A stretch of 32,883 bases of DNA from assembly GCF_004010195.1 (NCBI RefSeq), contig NW_025214430.1, positions 1 to 32,883 on the forward strand, written 5' to 3'. The translations under genes and the position numbers were made by a program. The notes below the pieces were generated by a model. That model was not told the origin of the DNA, searched no databases, and saw only the letters and a program-made list of their open reading frames with translations. Shown here piece after piece: positions 12,140 through 23,855 of this stretch; within the stretch, counting starts at the first letter, position 1; every line of letters begins with the position of its first letter. Origin of the DNA: Chiloscyllium plagiosum (lineage: Eukaryota).

Positions 12140-12421
12140 CGGGATGATGGTGTTGCTGGCTAGGCCGCCATTTATTACCCAGAAGGCTGTGGGTCTGGAG
12201 TCACATGGTAAGGATGGTAGCTTCCTTTCCCAAAGGATGTTAGTGAACAGGACGACAATCAATAACAGATTAATGGTCACCCTTAGACTGTTAATACTAG
12301 ACTTTTAGTCAATTCAAATTCCACCATCTGCTGTGGTGGGAGTCGAACCCAGGTCCCCAGAACATTCCCTGGGTCTCTAGATTAACTGTCCAGGGATAAT
12401 ATCACAAGGCCATCGCCTCCC
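12140..12421 (-). mobile_element. tRNA-derived SINE (SacSINE/DeuSINE-like)
   Basis: Minus-strand head gggaggcgatggccttgtg... with B-box gggttcgactccc, followed by cagatggtggaatttgaatt. Confidence 0.6.
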
Positions 12422-12666
12422 CATTGATGTGGGAGCTCACCTGGGTACAGGAGGTTATAGGCAGCAGGGTGAAATGGTTGGGGAGCGGGGGCAAGGGCAG
12501 ACTGAATCCCTTTCCTGAGCCTGCCCTTGGGCAGGGTCAGGATTTCAGCCTTGCTACCAAGAGGTGGATGGGTGGCTGGTTGGGGAGAGAGGACTGGGTT
12601 TCACCAGCTTGCAGGGGAAGAGCAGGTTTTGGCAGGGCCCTGCTGGAGGTCTGCCCTGTGAATGGC

Positions 12667-12786
12667 TGTGTGTGTGCGCGCGCGCGCATGTTTGTGTCTC
12701 TTGTGCGTGTGACTGTGCATGTTTGTGTGTGTCTGTGCATGTTTGTGTGTGCATGTGTGTGAGACTCTGTAGATGTGTGTGTGTCT
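12667..12786. repeat. Imperfect (GT)n microsatellite
   Basis: Read directly from the sequence. Confidence 0.85.
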
Positions 12787-13233
12787 CTGCTTGTCTGGGA
12801 CAGGTAGAAGAGGTCACAGAGGGTGAATTAAGTTACCTCTGGCTGGCTGCTGGCAAAGGGCCAACCAATGGCATGACAAACCCAGCAGCCAGAGATCGGT
12901 GAGTCAGGAAGGAGATGGTCAGGGTGGACGGTGCTGGGACTCCGAGCGGTCAGAGGATATTGGCCCCCCCCCGGGGTCTCAGCGCAGCTCTCAGCACCGA
13001 TCAGAGTGCCTCGTTTTCCATCACCAAATGGCTGCAGCCACGCTGAGGTCCCCCAAACGACACTGGTGGGTTTATTTTTCTGTAGGTAATTGCGTATGTC
13101 TCAGGGAGGCTGCAGAGGCAGAGGCAGAGGTGGATATCTGTGCCTTGTACCATTTGTGTCAGAGATCAGACCGGACCACGGTGAAGGGAAGAGCCCAGAG
13201 ACTGAGGCCGTTTGTACAATCTCTGTGTTGCAG

Positions 13234-13250
13234 GAGGACTCTTCATGTGA
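13234..13250 (+). CDS. HSD17B8: Terminal coding exon of HSD17B8 (G-G-L-F-M-stop)
   Basis: Acceptor ctctgtgttgcag followed by GA GGA CTC TTC ATG TGA. Phase 1 matches the donor at 168/169 and completes ...EVTGGLFM*, the recalled HSD17B8 C-terminus. Confidence 0.85.
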
Positions 13251-13860
13251 CCGGCGACAAGGGGCAGGAGGCTGAGGATGACAGGGAATTCCACTACCGG
13301 GCTATGCAAGACCAGGAATGTCTCACTCGGATTTGCCTCGCTGTCACTTCCACCCTGCCTTCCTGTTCCCTGGAGCTGCATCTCCTCCCCATCCCAGCCA
13401 CGCTCCCTCCACCCGAGTGCCTGTCATCAGCATCGCCCCACAGGAACCCTGGGTCCTTCCCTGATTCCCCGAACTCGGGGAACTGGGCTGACATTCCTCA
13501 ACAACGCTGACTCGGGAGTGAGCCTGAGGCTGCTGAGTGTGCCCCTTCCGAATCACTCTGGGGTTACGTTGCCCGACAGGAAAGGATAAACTGGACCAGC
13601 TAACCCTGCCCCCTGCCCCCGCCAGTGAAGCAGCAGTGAGGCCTGGGAACAGGATGCCAGCCTGGATTCACGTTGCAGCTCGTTTCTTCCTGACCTGATG
13701 GTAGGGAGTAGGTCTGGGAGCACCTTGGCTATGCTGAATGGTTTGAGTGGCAGGGAGGAGCCTGTCAGACTCTACAAAAAGGCAGATCAAAACTGAGTTC
13801 CTGGGCCTTCTGTAACTCTCGATCAATGACTTGCAACAACTCACTGTATAATTACGGGAA

Positions 13861-13866
13861 TTTATT
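13861..13866 (-). terminator. Candidate polyadenylation signal AATAAA (minus strand) for BBS10
   Basis: TTTATT on + at 13861-13866, ~240 nt downstream of the BBS10 stop codon. Confidence 0.55.
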
Positions 13867-13876
13867 ATCCAAACAG

Positions 13877-13882
13877 AATAAA
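13877..13882 (+). terminator. Candidate polyadenylation signal AATAAA for HSD17B8
   Basis: First AATAAA I found downstream of the HSD17B8 stop (~630 nt). A GT-rich tract (gagtctgtgtctc) follows near 13916-13928. Confidence 0.55.
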
Positions 13883-14105
13883 GTCATCAACAAACCGAAA
13901 ATCCTCATTAATGCTGAGTCTGTGTCTCACTGTGCAGAGTGTGCGTCTGGGCCCAGGGGAGAGGTGGGCTCCCCCCAATCGCACCCCCCCCCCGCCCCGC
14001 GCACACCCCCCCCCCCCCAGGGACAGACAGCTGACACTGACCGGCTCTCCCCCCCACCGGGGACAGACAGTGACCAGTTCCCCTGGTACCAGCTCAGATT
14101 GTGTT

Positions 14106-16170
14106 TCAGTCTGAGTCCTCACGGTCTCCGCGGTGATTTTGCCTGAGTTTGCCATGGACGGGGATGATGGCGTCGATGGTGAGTAGGTTCCTCAGGCACC
14201 GGAGGACAGAGATCAGGAGGTGCTGTTTTGCGACCACCACTTCCAGGGGTCCCTCTGCCTCCGGTGGTATTGTGTGCCCCCGAAGACTCGCTGCTAGGTG
14301 GGCTTGAGCCTGGAGACAGCCCCTTCCCCGGTCTACCCAGGGCTGCAGGTGCCTGGGGATACTCAGCAATGCGTCCAGTACAATCCTGCATGCCAGCCTG
14401 GTGTTGAGCTGTAGCAGACTGCCAGACACACGCTGGAGGTAGTGGTGTACAAGCAACTCAAAGGTACCCCCTGTACGGAGGACACTCCCAGCTGGTAGTT
14501 GACAGGCACTCTGCCCAGTTCCTGGCCCTCCTGCTGGACAGCGCTGCCCTTCACCAGTTGCCTGTGTACACTTTGTTTCCTCCTCCGTTCTGAGCAGCTC
14601 TGCTGTTCCCTGTTTGTCAGCTCCCAGCTCACCTGTCTCATTCCCCTTACTGTCTTTCATCAGGTGCCCAGTCATCTGTCTCTCCTTTCCCCACTGCCCA
14701 CTTCCCTGTCTCTCACTCGCTATCTCACACTCCCCAGTGCACTGGCTGTCGCTCTGTCCCTCCTGGTCCCCGGTTCCCTGTCCCTGACTTCCAAACCCCC
14801 GAGTCCCCCGCCTCTCCCTCTCTCNNNNNNNNNNNNNNNNNNNNNNNNNNNNNNNNNNNNNNNNNNNNNNNNNNNNNNNNNNNNNNNNNNNNNNNNNNNN
14901 NNNNNNNNNNNNNNNNNNNNNNNNNNNNNNNNNNNNNNNNNNNNNNNNNNNNNNNNNNNNNNNNNNNNNNNNNNNNGTCCCCTGTACCCCACTCTCTCTC
15001 CCCAGTTCCTCACTCTCTCTCCCCAGTTCCTCAGTCCCCTGTACCCCACTCTCTCTCCCCAGTTCCTCGGTCCCCTGTCCCTCACCCTCTCTCTCCCATT
15101 CCCCAGTCCCCTGTCCCTCGCAGCCTTCCTGCAGAGTTGCTGTTCCAGGCAGTAGGAGCCTGAGCAGTGTGAAGGCCCCGTGGAGAGCGTCTCGGAGCTG
15201 TTGAGCCAGCCCGAGGGTGGGAGCACACACTAGCAGGCAGTGAAGCTGGCAGCCCTGGAGACCGGGGAACCCTAGCAGGAGCTGACTATGGGGGACCAGG
15301 GGGTTAGGCCTGATGAAGCTGGCCGGTAGCATGTCCACTGGCCGGAGCCCTGTCAGGCAGTGGTGCGCCTCCGCTCCACTCAGCCTCCTGAGCAAGGCCA
15401 GCTCCTGGTCTGGGAGGCAGTGCACCACCGACAGGCCGTGGTTCCAGGCCTGCTCCAGGACGCAGTCCGGCTGCCTTGGCCCTGACAGCAGCAGCCCCAC
15501 TCCTAGGGCCTGCAGCTGGCTGAGCGTCTCCTCCAGCCGGGCCTGGGCCCAGCTCCGGGCCTTGGATAGCCCCTCCAGCCCCTCCGGCCTCAGGGTGGAC
15601 CCGGCCTGGCTCAGAGGGGGCAGCAGGCTGGTCCCCACCACCACCGCCAGGGTTGGGCCCTGCGCCTGGCCGCAGGGCAGAGCGAGGCCTCGGCTCAGGG
15701 GCAGCCCCGCCAGCACCCGGCTGCTGCCTACGGGTAGGCCGGGCACGGTGACCAGCAGGCCCGGGAAGCAGTCAGCCTCCAGCCGCAGGCCCCGCTCTTC
15801 TTGCCCCCCTCCCAACTGCCCCAGGTAGTCCCAGGCCAGTTGTGTGAGGAGGAGGGTGTGGGTCGGGCCTACCTTACCTGCAAAGTAGGCCTCGAGCACC
15901 CGGGCGACGGGCCCAGCCCTCAGCTGCAGGCGCCCGTCACAGGAACTGAGGGCCTGGACGCAGTGCGGGGCCAGCTGCCTCCCCATCACCGGCCCTAGCA
16001 CCTCCTGCTCCAGTCGGGCCAGCCCCTTGGCCAGCCAGCGTCGGCAGGCAGGTCCCTGGCCTCTGTTCTCAGCCCTGACTCCCCGCAGCATGGCAGCCAG
16101 CAGAACGATGAAGGACTTGGCTCCATCTCCCGACCTCTTGCAGTGAGCCGACACACTCTGCACCATCAAC
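14106..16170 (-). CDS. BBS10: Bardet-Biedl syndrome 10 chaperonin-like protein, large second coding exon (contains an N gap)
   Basis: Minus-strand acceptor ctcctggcag|G TTG ATG, phase 2, consistent with the recalled single human BBS10 intron. Motifs (R)LMVQSVSAHCKRSGDGAKSFIVLL, YFAGKVG, GLPVGSSRVLAGL, LPAGSVLRTGGTFELLVHHYL and VLRCLRNLLTIDAII match BBS10. The ORF-track N-terminus (16171-16313) is intronic. Confidence 0.92.
14977..15120 (-). repeat. Coding tandem repeat (~36 nt, G(V/E)QGTEELGRES) within the BBS10 insertion region
   Basis: Repeated cccagttcct...gtcccctgt...ctctct units on +, running into the gap at 14825-14976. Confidence 0.75.
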
Positions 16171-16310
16171 CTGCCAGGAGGGAGGTAGGGAGGGAAGGAG
16201 GTGCGGTCTGAGAGAGGGATGGTCCGTTTTTCAAATAACCAGCCGACGCTAAATGCCCCTGGCCCCACCGCCCCCCCCCACCCCGTTCCCCAATCACACC
16301 CCCATTCCCC

Positions 16311-19300
16311 CAATCACAAGACCCCAAATACCAGCGTACCCTCTAATAATCACAGACCCCAAATACCAGCGTACCCTCTAATAATCACAGACCCCAAATA
16401 CCAGCGTACCCTCTAATAATCACAGACCCCAAATACCAGCGTACCCTCTAATAATCACAGACCCCAAATACCAGCGTACCCTCTAATAATCACAGACCCC
16501 AAATACCAGCGTACCCTCTAATAATCACAGACCCCAAATACCAGCGTACCCTCTAATAATCACAGACCCCAAATACCAGCGTACCCTCTAATAATCACAG
16601 ACCCCAAATACCAGCGTACCCTCTAATAATCACAGACCCCAAATACCAGCGTACCCTCTAATAATCACAGACCCCAAATACCAGCGTACCCTCTAATAAT
16701 CACAGACCCCAAATACCAGCGTACCCTCTAATAATCACAGACCCCAAATACCAGCGTACCCTCTAATAATCACAGACCCCAAATACCAGCGTACCCTCTA
16801 ATAATCACAGACCCCAAATACCAGCGTACCCTCTAATAATCACAGACCCCAAATACCAGCGTACCCTCTAATAATCACAGACCCCAAATACCAGCGTACC
16901 CTCTAATAATCACAGACCCCAAATACCAGCGTACCCTCTAATAATCACAGACCCCAAATACCAGCGTACCCTCTAATAATCACAGACCCCAAATACCAGC
17001 GTACCCTCTAATAATCACAGACCCCAAATACCAGCGTACCCTCTAATAATCACAGACCCCAAATACCAGCGTACCCTCTAATAATCACAGACCCCAAATA
17101 CCAGCGTACCCTCTAATAATCACAGACCCCAAATACCAGCGTACCCTCTAATAATCACAGACCCCAAATACCAGCGTACCCTCTAATAATCACAGACCCC
17201 AAATACCAGCGTACCCTCTAATAATCACAGACCCCAAATACCAGCGTACCCTCTAATAATCACAGACCCCAAATACCAGCGTACCCTCTAATAATCACAG
17301 ACCCCAAATACCAGCGTACCCTCTAATAATCACAGACCCCAAATACCAGCGTACCCTCTAATAATCACAGACCCCAAATACCAGCGTACCCTCTAATAAT
17401 CACAGACCCCAAATACCAGCGTACCCTCTAATAATCACAGACCCCAAATACCAGCGTACCCTCTAATAATCACAGACCCCAAATACCAGCGTACCCTCTA
17501 ATAATCACAGACCCCAAATACCAGCGTACCCTCTAATAATCACAGACCCCAAATACCAGCGTACCCTCTAATAATCACAGACCCCAAATACCAGCGTACC
17601 CTCTAATAATCACAGACCCCAAATACCAGCGTACCCTCTAATAATCACAGACCCCAAATACCAGCGTACCCTCTAATAATCACAGACCCCAAATACCAGC
17701 GTACCCTCTAATAATCACAGACCCCAAATACCAGCGTACCCTCTAATAATCACAGACCCCAAATACCAGCGTACCCTCTAATAATCACAGACCCCAAATA
17801 CCAGCGTACCCTCTAATAATCACAGACCCCAAATACCAGCGTACCCTCTAATAATCACAGACCCCAAATACCAGCGTACCCTCTAATAATCACAGACCCC
17901 AAATACCAGCGTACCCTCTAATAATCACAGACCCCAAATACCAGCGTACCCTCTAATAATCACAGACCCCAAATACCAGCGTACCCTCTAATAATCACAG
18001 ACCCCAAATACCAGCGTACCCTCTAATAATCACAGACCCCAAATACCAGCGTACCCTCTAATAATCACAGACCCCAAATACCAGCGTACCCTCTAATAAT
18101 CACAGACCCCAAATACCAGCGTACCCTCTAATAATCACAGACCCCAAATACCAGCGTACCCTCTAATAATCACAGACCCCAAATACCAGCGTACCCTCTA
18201 ATAATCACAGACCCCAAATACCAGCGTACCCTCTAATAATCACAGACCCCAAATACCAGCGTACCCTCTAATAATCACAGACCCCAAATACCAGCGTACC
18301 CTCTAATAATCACAGACCCCAAATACCAGCGTACCCTCTAATAATCACAGACCCCAAATACCAGCGTACCCTCTAATAATCACAGACCCCAAATACCAGC
18401 GTACCCTCTAATAATCACAGACCCCAAATACCAGCGTACCCTCTAATAATCACAGACCCCAAATACCAGCGTACCCTCTAATAATCACAGACCCCAAATA
18501 CCAGCGTACCCTCTAATAATCACAGACCCCAAATACCAGCGTACCCTCTAATAATCACAGACCCCAAATACCAGCGTACCCTCTAATAATCACAGACCCC
18601 AAATACCAGCGTACCCTCTAATAATCACAGACCCCAAATACCAGCGTACCCTCTAATAATCACAGACCCCAAATACCAGCGTACCCTCTAATAATCACAG
18701 ACCCCAAATACCAGCGTACCCTCTAATAATCACAGACCCCAAATACCAGCGTACCCTCTAATAATCACAGACCCCAAATACCAGCGTACCCTCTAATAAT
18801 CACAGACCCCAAATACCAGCGTACCCTCTAATAATCACAGACCCCAAATACCAGCGTACCCTCTAATAATCACAGACCCCAAATACCAGCGTACCCTCTA
18901 ATAATCACAGACCCCAAATACCAGCGTACCCTCTAATAATCACAGACCCCAAATACCAGCGTACCCTCTAATAATCACAGACCCCAAATACCAGCGTACC
19001 CTCTAATAATCACAGACCCCAAATACCAGCGTACCCTCTAATAATCACAGACCCCAAATACCAGCGTACCCTCTAATAATCACAGACCCCAAATACCAGC
19101 GTACCCTCTAATAATCACAGACCCCAAATACCAGCGTACCCTCTAATAATCACAGACCCCAAATACCAGCGTACCCTCTAATAATCACAGACCCCAAATA
19201 CCAGCGTACCCTCTAATAATCACAGACCCCAAATACCAGCGTACCCTCCAATAATCACAGACCCCAAATACCAATGTACCCTCCAATAATCACAGACCCC

Positions 19301-19570
19301 AAATACCAATGTACCCTCTAATAATCACAGACCCCAAATAACAGCGTACCGTCTAATAATCACAGACCCCAAATACCAGCGTGCCCTCTAATAATCACAG
19401 ACCCCAAACACCAGCGTACCCTCTGATAATCACAGACCCCAAACACCAGCGTACCCTCTAATAATCACAGACCCCAAATACTAGCGTATCCTCCTAATAA
19501 TCACAGACTCCAAACACCAGCGTACCCTCTATAATCACAGACCCCAAATACCAGCGTACCCTCTCATAAT
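16311..19570. repeat. 35-bp minisatellite, ~93 copies (AATCACAGACCCCAAATACCAGCGTACCCTCTAAT)
   Basis: Exact 35-nt period from 16321 to ~19248, then ~9 variant units. No spacers. Confidence 0.98.
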
Positions 19571-19689
19571 CCACAAAGACCAGCTTAGCCTCTAATTTAC
19601 TTTCTGCTTCATGGCCCTGTGAGGTCCAATAGCCTCACAGCCTCGAGGGAGTGCTGCATTAGACAATGAGATTTAACAGCAGATAAAAC

Positions 19690-19995
19690 CATTCAGCCCA
19701 TTGAGTCTGCTCCATCAATTAATAAAACCATGCCTTAACCAGACAGCCTCAATTCCACCCTCCTGCCTTTTCCCTGTAACCCTTAATTCTGTAACAGATT
19801 ATAAATCTGTCCATCTCAGCCTTGAACATACTTGTTGACCCAGTCTTGACAGCTCTATGTGGTAAAGAATTCCACAGATTTACTATCCTCTGAGAGAAGA
19901 AATTCCGTTGTATATCTGTCATAAATGGGCAACTTCTTATTCTGGGATGATGCCTTCTGGTCTGAGTTTCTCCCACTAGGGGAAGCAACCTTTCT
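19690..19995 (-). mobile_element. CR1 LINE 3' end fragment
   Basis: Minus-strand NFFSQRIVNLWNSLP...FKAEMDRF. Confidence 0.85.
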
Positions 19996-20004
19996 GAATG
20001 CTAG

Positions 20005-20290
20005 CGAGTTTTGAGAAGATTTGTAGCTCAGGTTGAGGTTGTGGTTGTAGGTTTGCTCACTGAGCTGGAAGGTTCATTTTCAGACATTTTGTTAAAACAC
20101 TATGTAACATCTTCAGTGAGCCTCCAGATGAAGCACTGCTGATGATTCCTGCTTTCTATTTATTTGTTTGGGTTTCTTTGGGTTGGTGGTGTCATTTCCT
20201 ATGGTGATGTCATTTCCTGTTCATTTTCTCAGGGGTCCAAGTCAATGTGTTTGTCGATAGAGTTGGAATACCATGCTTCTAAGAATACTT
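20005..20290 (-). mobile_element. Fragment of a second Penelope-like family with a degenerate hammerhead-like motif
   Basis: Minus strand of 20080-20120 reads ca-CTGAAGA-tgttac...taac-AAAA-tgtc-tga. Confidence 0.45.
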
Positions 20291-20699
20291 TCTGTATCTA
20301 CCCTGACAAATTCCCGATGAATTTTCTACATTTCACTAACGCCTTCTCTCCTCTTCTAATCTTTAATAAATATAAGCCCCAAGTACTCACCATCTCCTCA
20401 TAAGAAAATCCTTCCACAGCTGATATTAGCAATAAACCTTTTCTGGACTCCAACGTCAAATAAACCTTTCCTTCAATAATAGGCCCAAATTTGTGAAATG
20501 TATTTCATCTGTGATCTATTACCTTGAATAGTTTTACCAAAACCTTCCTGCTTTTATACACCATTCATTTTCACATAAAGGCTAATTCCATTTGCCTCAA
20601 ATGTTAGTCTTTTGTGACTCATGCCTGTGGCCCCACAGATCCCTCTATTCTGTAACTTTCTGCAGTCTTTCTCCATTTGAATAATATTCAGCAATTTTA

Positions 20700-21130
20700 A
20701 TGAGGAGTGGGCTGTGACTTTTTTCATTGGAGCATAGGAGGTTGAGAGGTTGCCTGATGGAGATTTAGAAAATCATGAGGGGCATAGAAAAAGTTGACAG
20801 GCAGGTGTTTTTTTTGCCTAGTCTAGGGGAGTCCAAAACTAGAGGGCACGAGGTTTAAGGTGAGAGGGGAAACATTTAAAAGGACCTGAGGGGCAACTTT
20901 TTTGACACAGAGAGTGGCATGTGGAACAAGCTACCAGAGGAAGTGGTAGGGGAAGGTACTATTACAACATGTAAAAGACATTTGGAAAGGTACATGGGTA
21001 GGAAAGGTTTAGAGGGATAGAGGCCAAATGCAGGCAAATGGGACTGATTCAGTTCAGGATATCTGTTCACCATGGATGAGTTGGAACTAAGGCTCTGTTT
21101 CCATGCTGTATGATTCTAAGACCCTATGAC
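20700..21130 (+). mobile_element. CR1 LINE 3' end fragment
   Basis: aggaggttgagagg..., aaactagagggcac...ggtttaaggtgagaggggaaa, and a short-repeat tail tatgattctaagaccctatga. Confidence 0.85.
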
Positions 21131-21134
21131 ATGC

Positions 21135-21312
21135 ACTCAAATCCCACCAAGTAGCTGGGGAATTTAAATTCAGGTAATTAAATATATCTGGAATAGGCCT
21201 CAGCCGTGGTGACCATGTATTTACTATGTTGTTATTAACCCATCTGGTTCATTAATGCATTTTGGTGAAGAGAATCTGCTAACCTTACCTGGTCTGGACC
21301 CTATACGACTTT
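21135..21312 (+). mobile_element. SINE fragment (SacSINE/DeuSINE-like)
   Basis: caaatcccacc...gaatttaaattc...catctggttcattaatg...ccttacctggtctgg, the reverse complement of the 12140-12421 family. Confidence 0.5.
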
Positions 21313-21445
21313 CTAGTCATGGTCATAGCACCTAGTGTTCATGAATAAATTGGTCCCATTTGCCTGCATTTAGTCCACATCCCTCCATACCTATCCCATC
21401 AATGTACCTACCCAAATGTTTCTTAAAGGACAAAATTGTACTTCT

Positions 21446-21964
21446 AATTTAAACATGAACTGTGTTCTACATTTACTCCTTAATTTAAACATAGACTATG
21501 TTCCAAATTTAATGTTTTATTTAAACATGGACTGTGTTCCACATTCACTGTTTAATTTGAACATGGACAGTGTTCCACATTCACTGCTTAATTTGAACAT
21601 GGACTGTGTTCCACATTCACTGTTTAATTTGAACATGGACAGTGTTCCACATTCATGTTTAATTTGAACATGGACAGTGTTCCACATTCATTGTTTAATT
21701 TGAACATGGACTGTGTTCCACATTCACTGTTTAATTTGAACATGGACAGTGTTCCACATTCACTGTTTAATTTGAACATGGACTGTGTTCCACATTCACT
21801 GTTTATTTGAACATGGACAGTGTTCCACATTCACTGTTTAATTTGAACATGGACCGTGTTCCACATTCATTGTTTAATTTGAACATGGACCGTGTTCCAC
21901 ATTCACTATTTAATTTACAGTGTTCATGTTTACTGTCTAAATTAAACATGGACTGTGTTCCACA
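21446..21964. repeat. 36-bp tandem repeat, ~14 copies (TTAATTTGAACATGGAC[T/A/C]GTGTTCCACATTCACTGT)
   Basis: Read directly from the sequence. One further unit reappears at 31085-31115. Confidence 0.95.
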
Positions 21965-23166
21965 TTTGCTACTGTCATATGCTTCCTTTTTTTTCCTAAC
22001 CAAAACCTAAATTTCTCTAGTTATCCAGCATTCCTTACACCCATCAGCCTTGCCTTTCACACCAATAGGAACATACTATCTCTGGTGTCTTGTTATCTCA
22101 TTTTTGTAGGCTTCCCATTTTCCAGCCATCCCTTTACCTGTGAATAGCTGCAATTAAGTGAATCCTTAGAAGAGTTAAAAGGCAGTGGAGTATACTTAAG
22201 AGGCAAATGTGGAAGGCAAACAGGGGACATATGCTAGCTTTGGCAAATAGGGTTAAGGAGAATATAAAGGCATTTCATAAATGCATTAAGGTCAAAGGAT
22301 AACTAGGGAGAGAATAGGGCCCCTCAAAGATCAGCAAGGCAGCCTATGTTTAGAACCGCAGGAGATGGGGTAGATACTAAACGAGTGTTTTGCATCAGTG
22401 TTTACTGTGGAGAAGGACATGGAAGATATAGAATGTGGGGAGATAGATGGTGACATCTTGAAAATGTCCATATTACAGTGAAGGAAGTGCTGGATGTCCT
22501 AAAATGCACAAAGGTGGATAAATCCTCAGGACCTGATCAAGTGTACCCTAGAACTAAGTGGGAAATTAGGAAGTGATTGCTGGGTCTCTTGCTGAGATAT
22601 TTGCATCATCGATAGTCACAGGTGAAGTGCCAGAAGATTGGAGGTTGGCAAACGTGGTGCCACTGTTTAAGAAGGGCAGTAAAGACAAGCCAGGGAACTA
22701 TAGACCGGTGAGCCTGACCTCAGTGGGAAGCAAGTTGTTAGAGGGAATTCTGGGAGATAGGATTTACATGTATTTGGAAAGGCAAGGACTGATTAGGGAT
22801 AATCAACATGGCTTTGTGCATGGGAAATCATGTCTCACAGACTTGATTCAGTTTTTTGAAGAAGTAACGAAGAGGATTGATGAGGGCAGAGCAGTAGACG
22901 TGATCTAGTAAGGTGTTTGACATGGTTCCTCATGATAGATTGGTTAGCAAGTTAGATCACATGGAATACAGAGAGAACTAACCATTTGGATACAGAACTG
23001 GCTCGAAGGTAGAGATAGAGGGTGGTGGTGGAGGGTTGCTTTTCAGACTGGAGGCTTGTGACCAGTTGTGTGCCACAAGGATTGGTGTTGGGACCACTAC
23101 TTTTCATCATTTATATAAATGATTTGGATGTGAACATAGGAATAGTTAGTAAGTTTGCAGATGACA

Positions 23167-23852
23167 TCTGGAGGAAAAGATCTGCCACCCTGCCAACCCA
23201 TAACAGGCCCACACAGAACATAGGAAAGCAAACTTGGCCAAACTATACCAGAAATACCCAGAATGCCTCAGCAGGGACCAAGCAGGCTGACAAGTGATAC
23301 CAGACAGCACTCGCAGACAAGGGGATACACTCCCCAACACCCACTAACAATGACAGAGCACCACTGCAATCCCAAATCCCGAGGGCAGTTCACAATCCAG
23401 CAATACCAAAGCCACACAAAGAACAGGTCAGACAGAGAGGAACGCATAGCTCCCAGGACAGGAACAATGGAGGAAAGTTACTCACCTACCTGGGAAGAGG
23501 ACTGGAAGCTCCGGACCCATTGATACTGTCAGGATGTTGCATTGTATCGAGAATCAGGACATTCATCCGATAACTGTTTTCCGATTATCATCATTGTAAC
23601 GTGATTACTCCATTTCCAGATACATTGCATCACCCCCCATTTCTAATTAACCCTTTTGTACAAGATCATTATAAAACCCGGCTTCTTCCTCAGCTCGAGG
23701 AAGAGAACCCTTGATCTACCTGTACAGGCTGTCAGTTCTGTGTCAGCCTCGTCAATTTCTCTTCCAGTGATATCACTTGTAATAAACAGCTTGTCAATTT
23801 CACCCGATCTGCTTTGTGTGGTCTCGGCTTTTTTGGGCTAATTTCTCCGACA
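23167..23852 (+). repeat. 5' LTR
   Basis: Near-identical to 29489-30179. TATAAAA at 23670, AATAAA at 23781, and it ends in CA just before the PBS. Confidence 0.92.
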
Positions 23853-23855
23853 GTT

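Noticed and set aside
12899..13510. 203-aa + strand ORF
   Set aside because: No recognisable domain. It overlaps the HSD17B8 terminal exon in a different frame and its 3'UTR. The possible acceptor at 13084-13085 is not supported by homology.
14499..15998. + strand ORFs of 218, 171 and 65 aa
   Set aside because: Antisense shadows of the GC-rich BBS10 exon.
16171..16313. N-terminus of the 735-aa ORF as the BBS10 start
   Set aside because: No BBS10 similarity; a splice acceptor at 16171-16172 marks it as intron.
16311..19570. CRISPR-like 35-bp repeat array
   Set aside because: Units are head-to-tail with no unique spacers, there are no cas genes, and the context is a eukaryotic intron.
21416..22010. 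LNMDCVPHSLFN repeat protein
   Set aside because: Translation of a 36-bp tandem array that is open on both strands and broken by frameshifts.
23263..23841. Duplicated small ORFs (also 29582-30168)
   Set aside because: Simply the two LTR copies; there is no evidence of coding.
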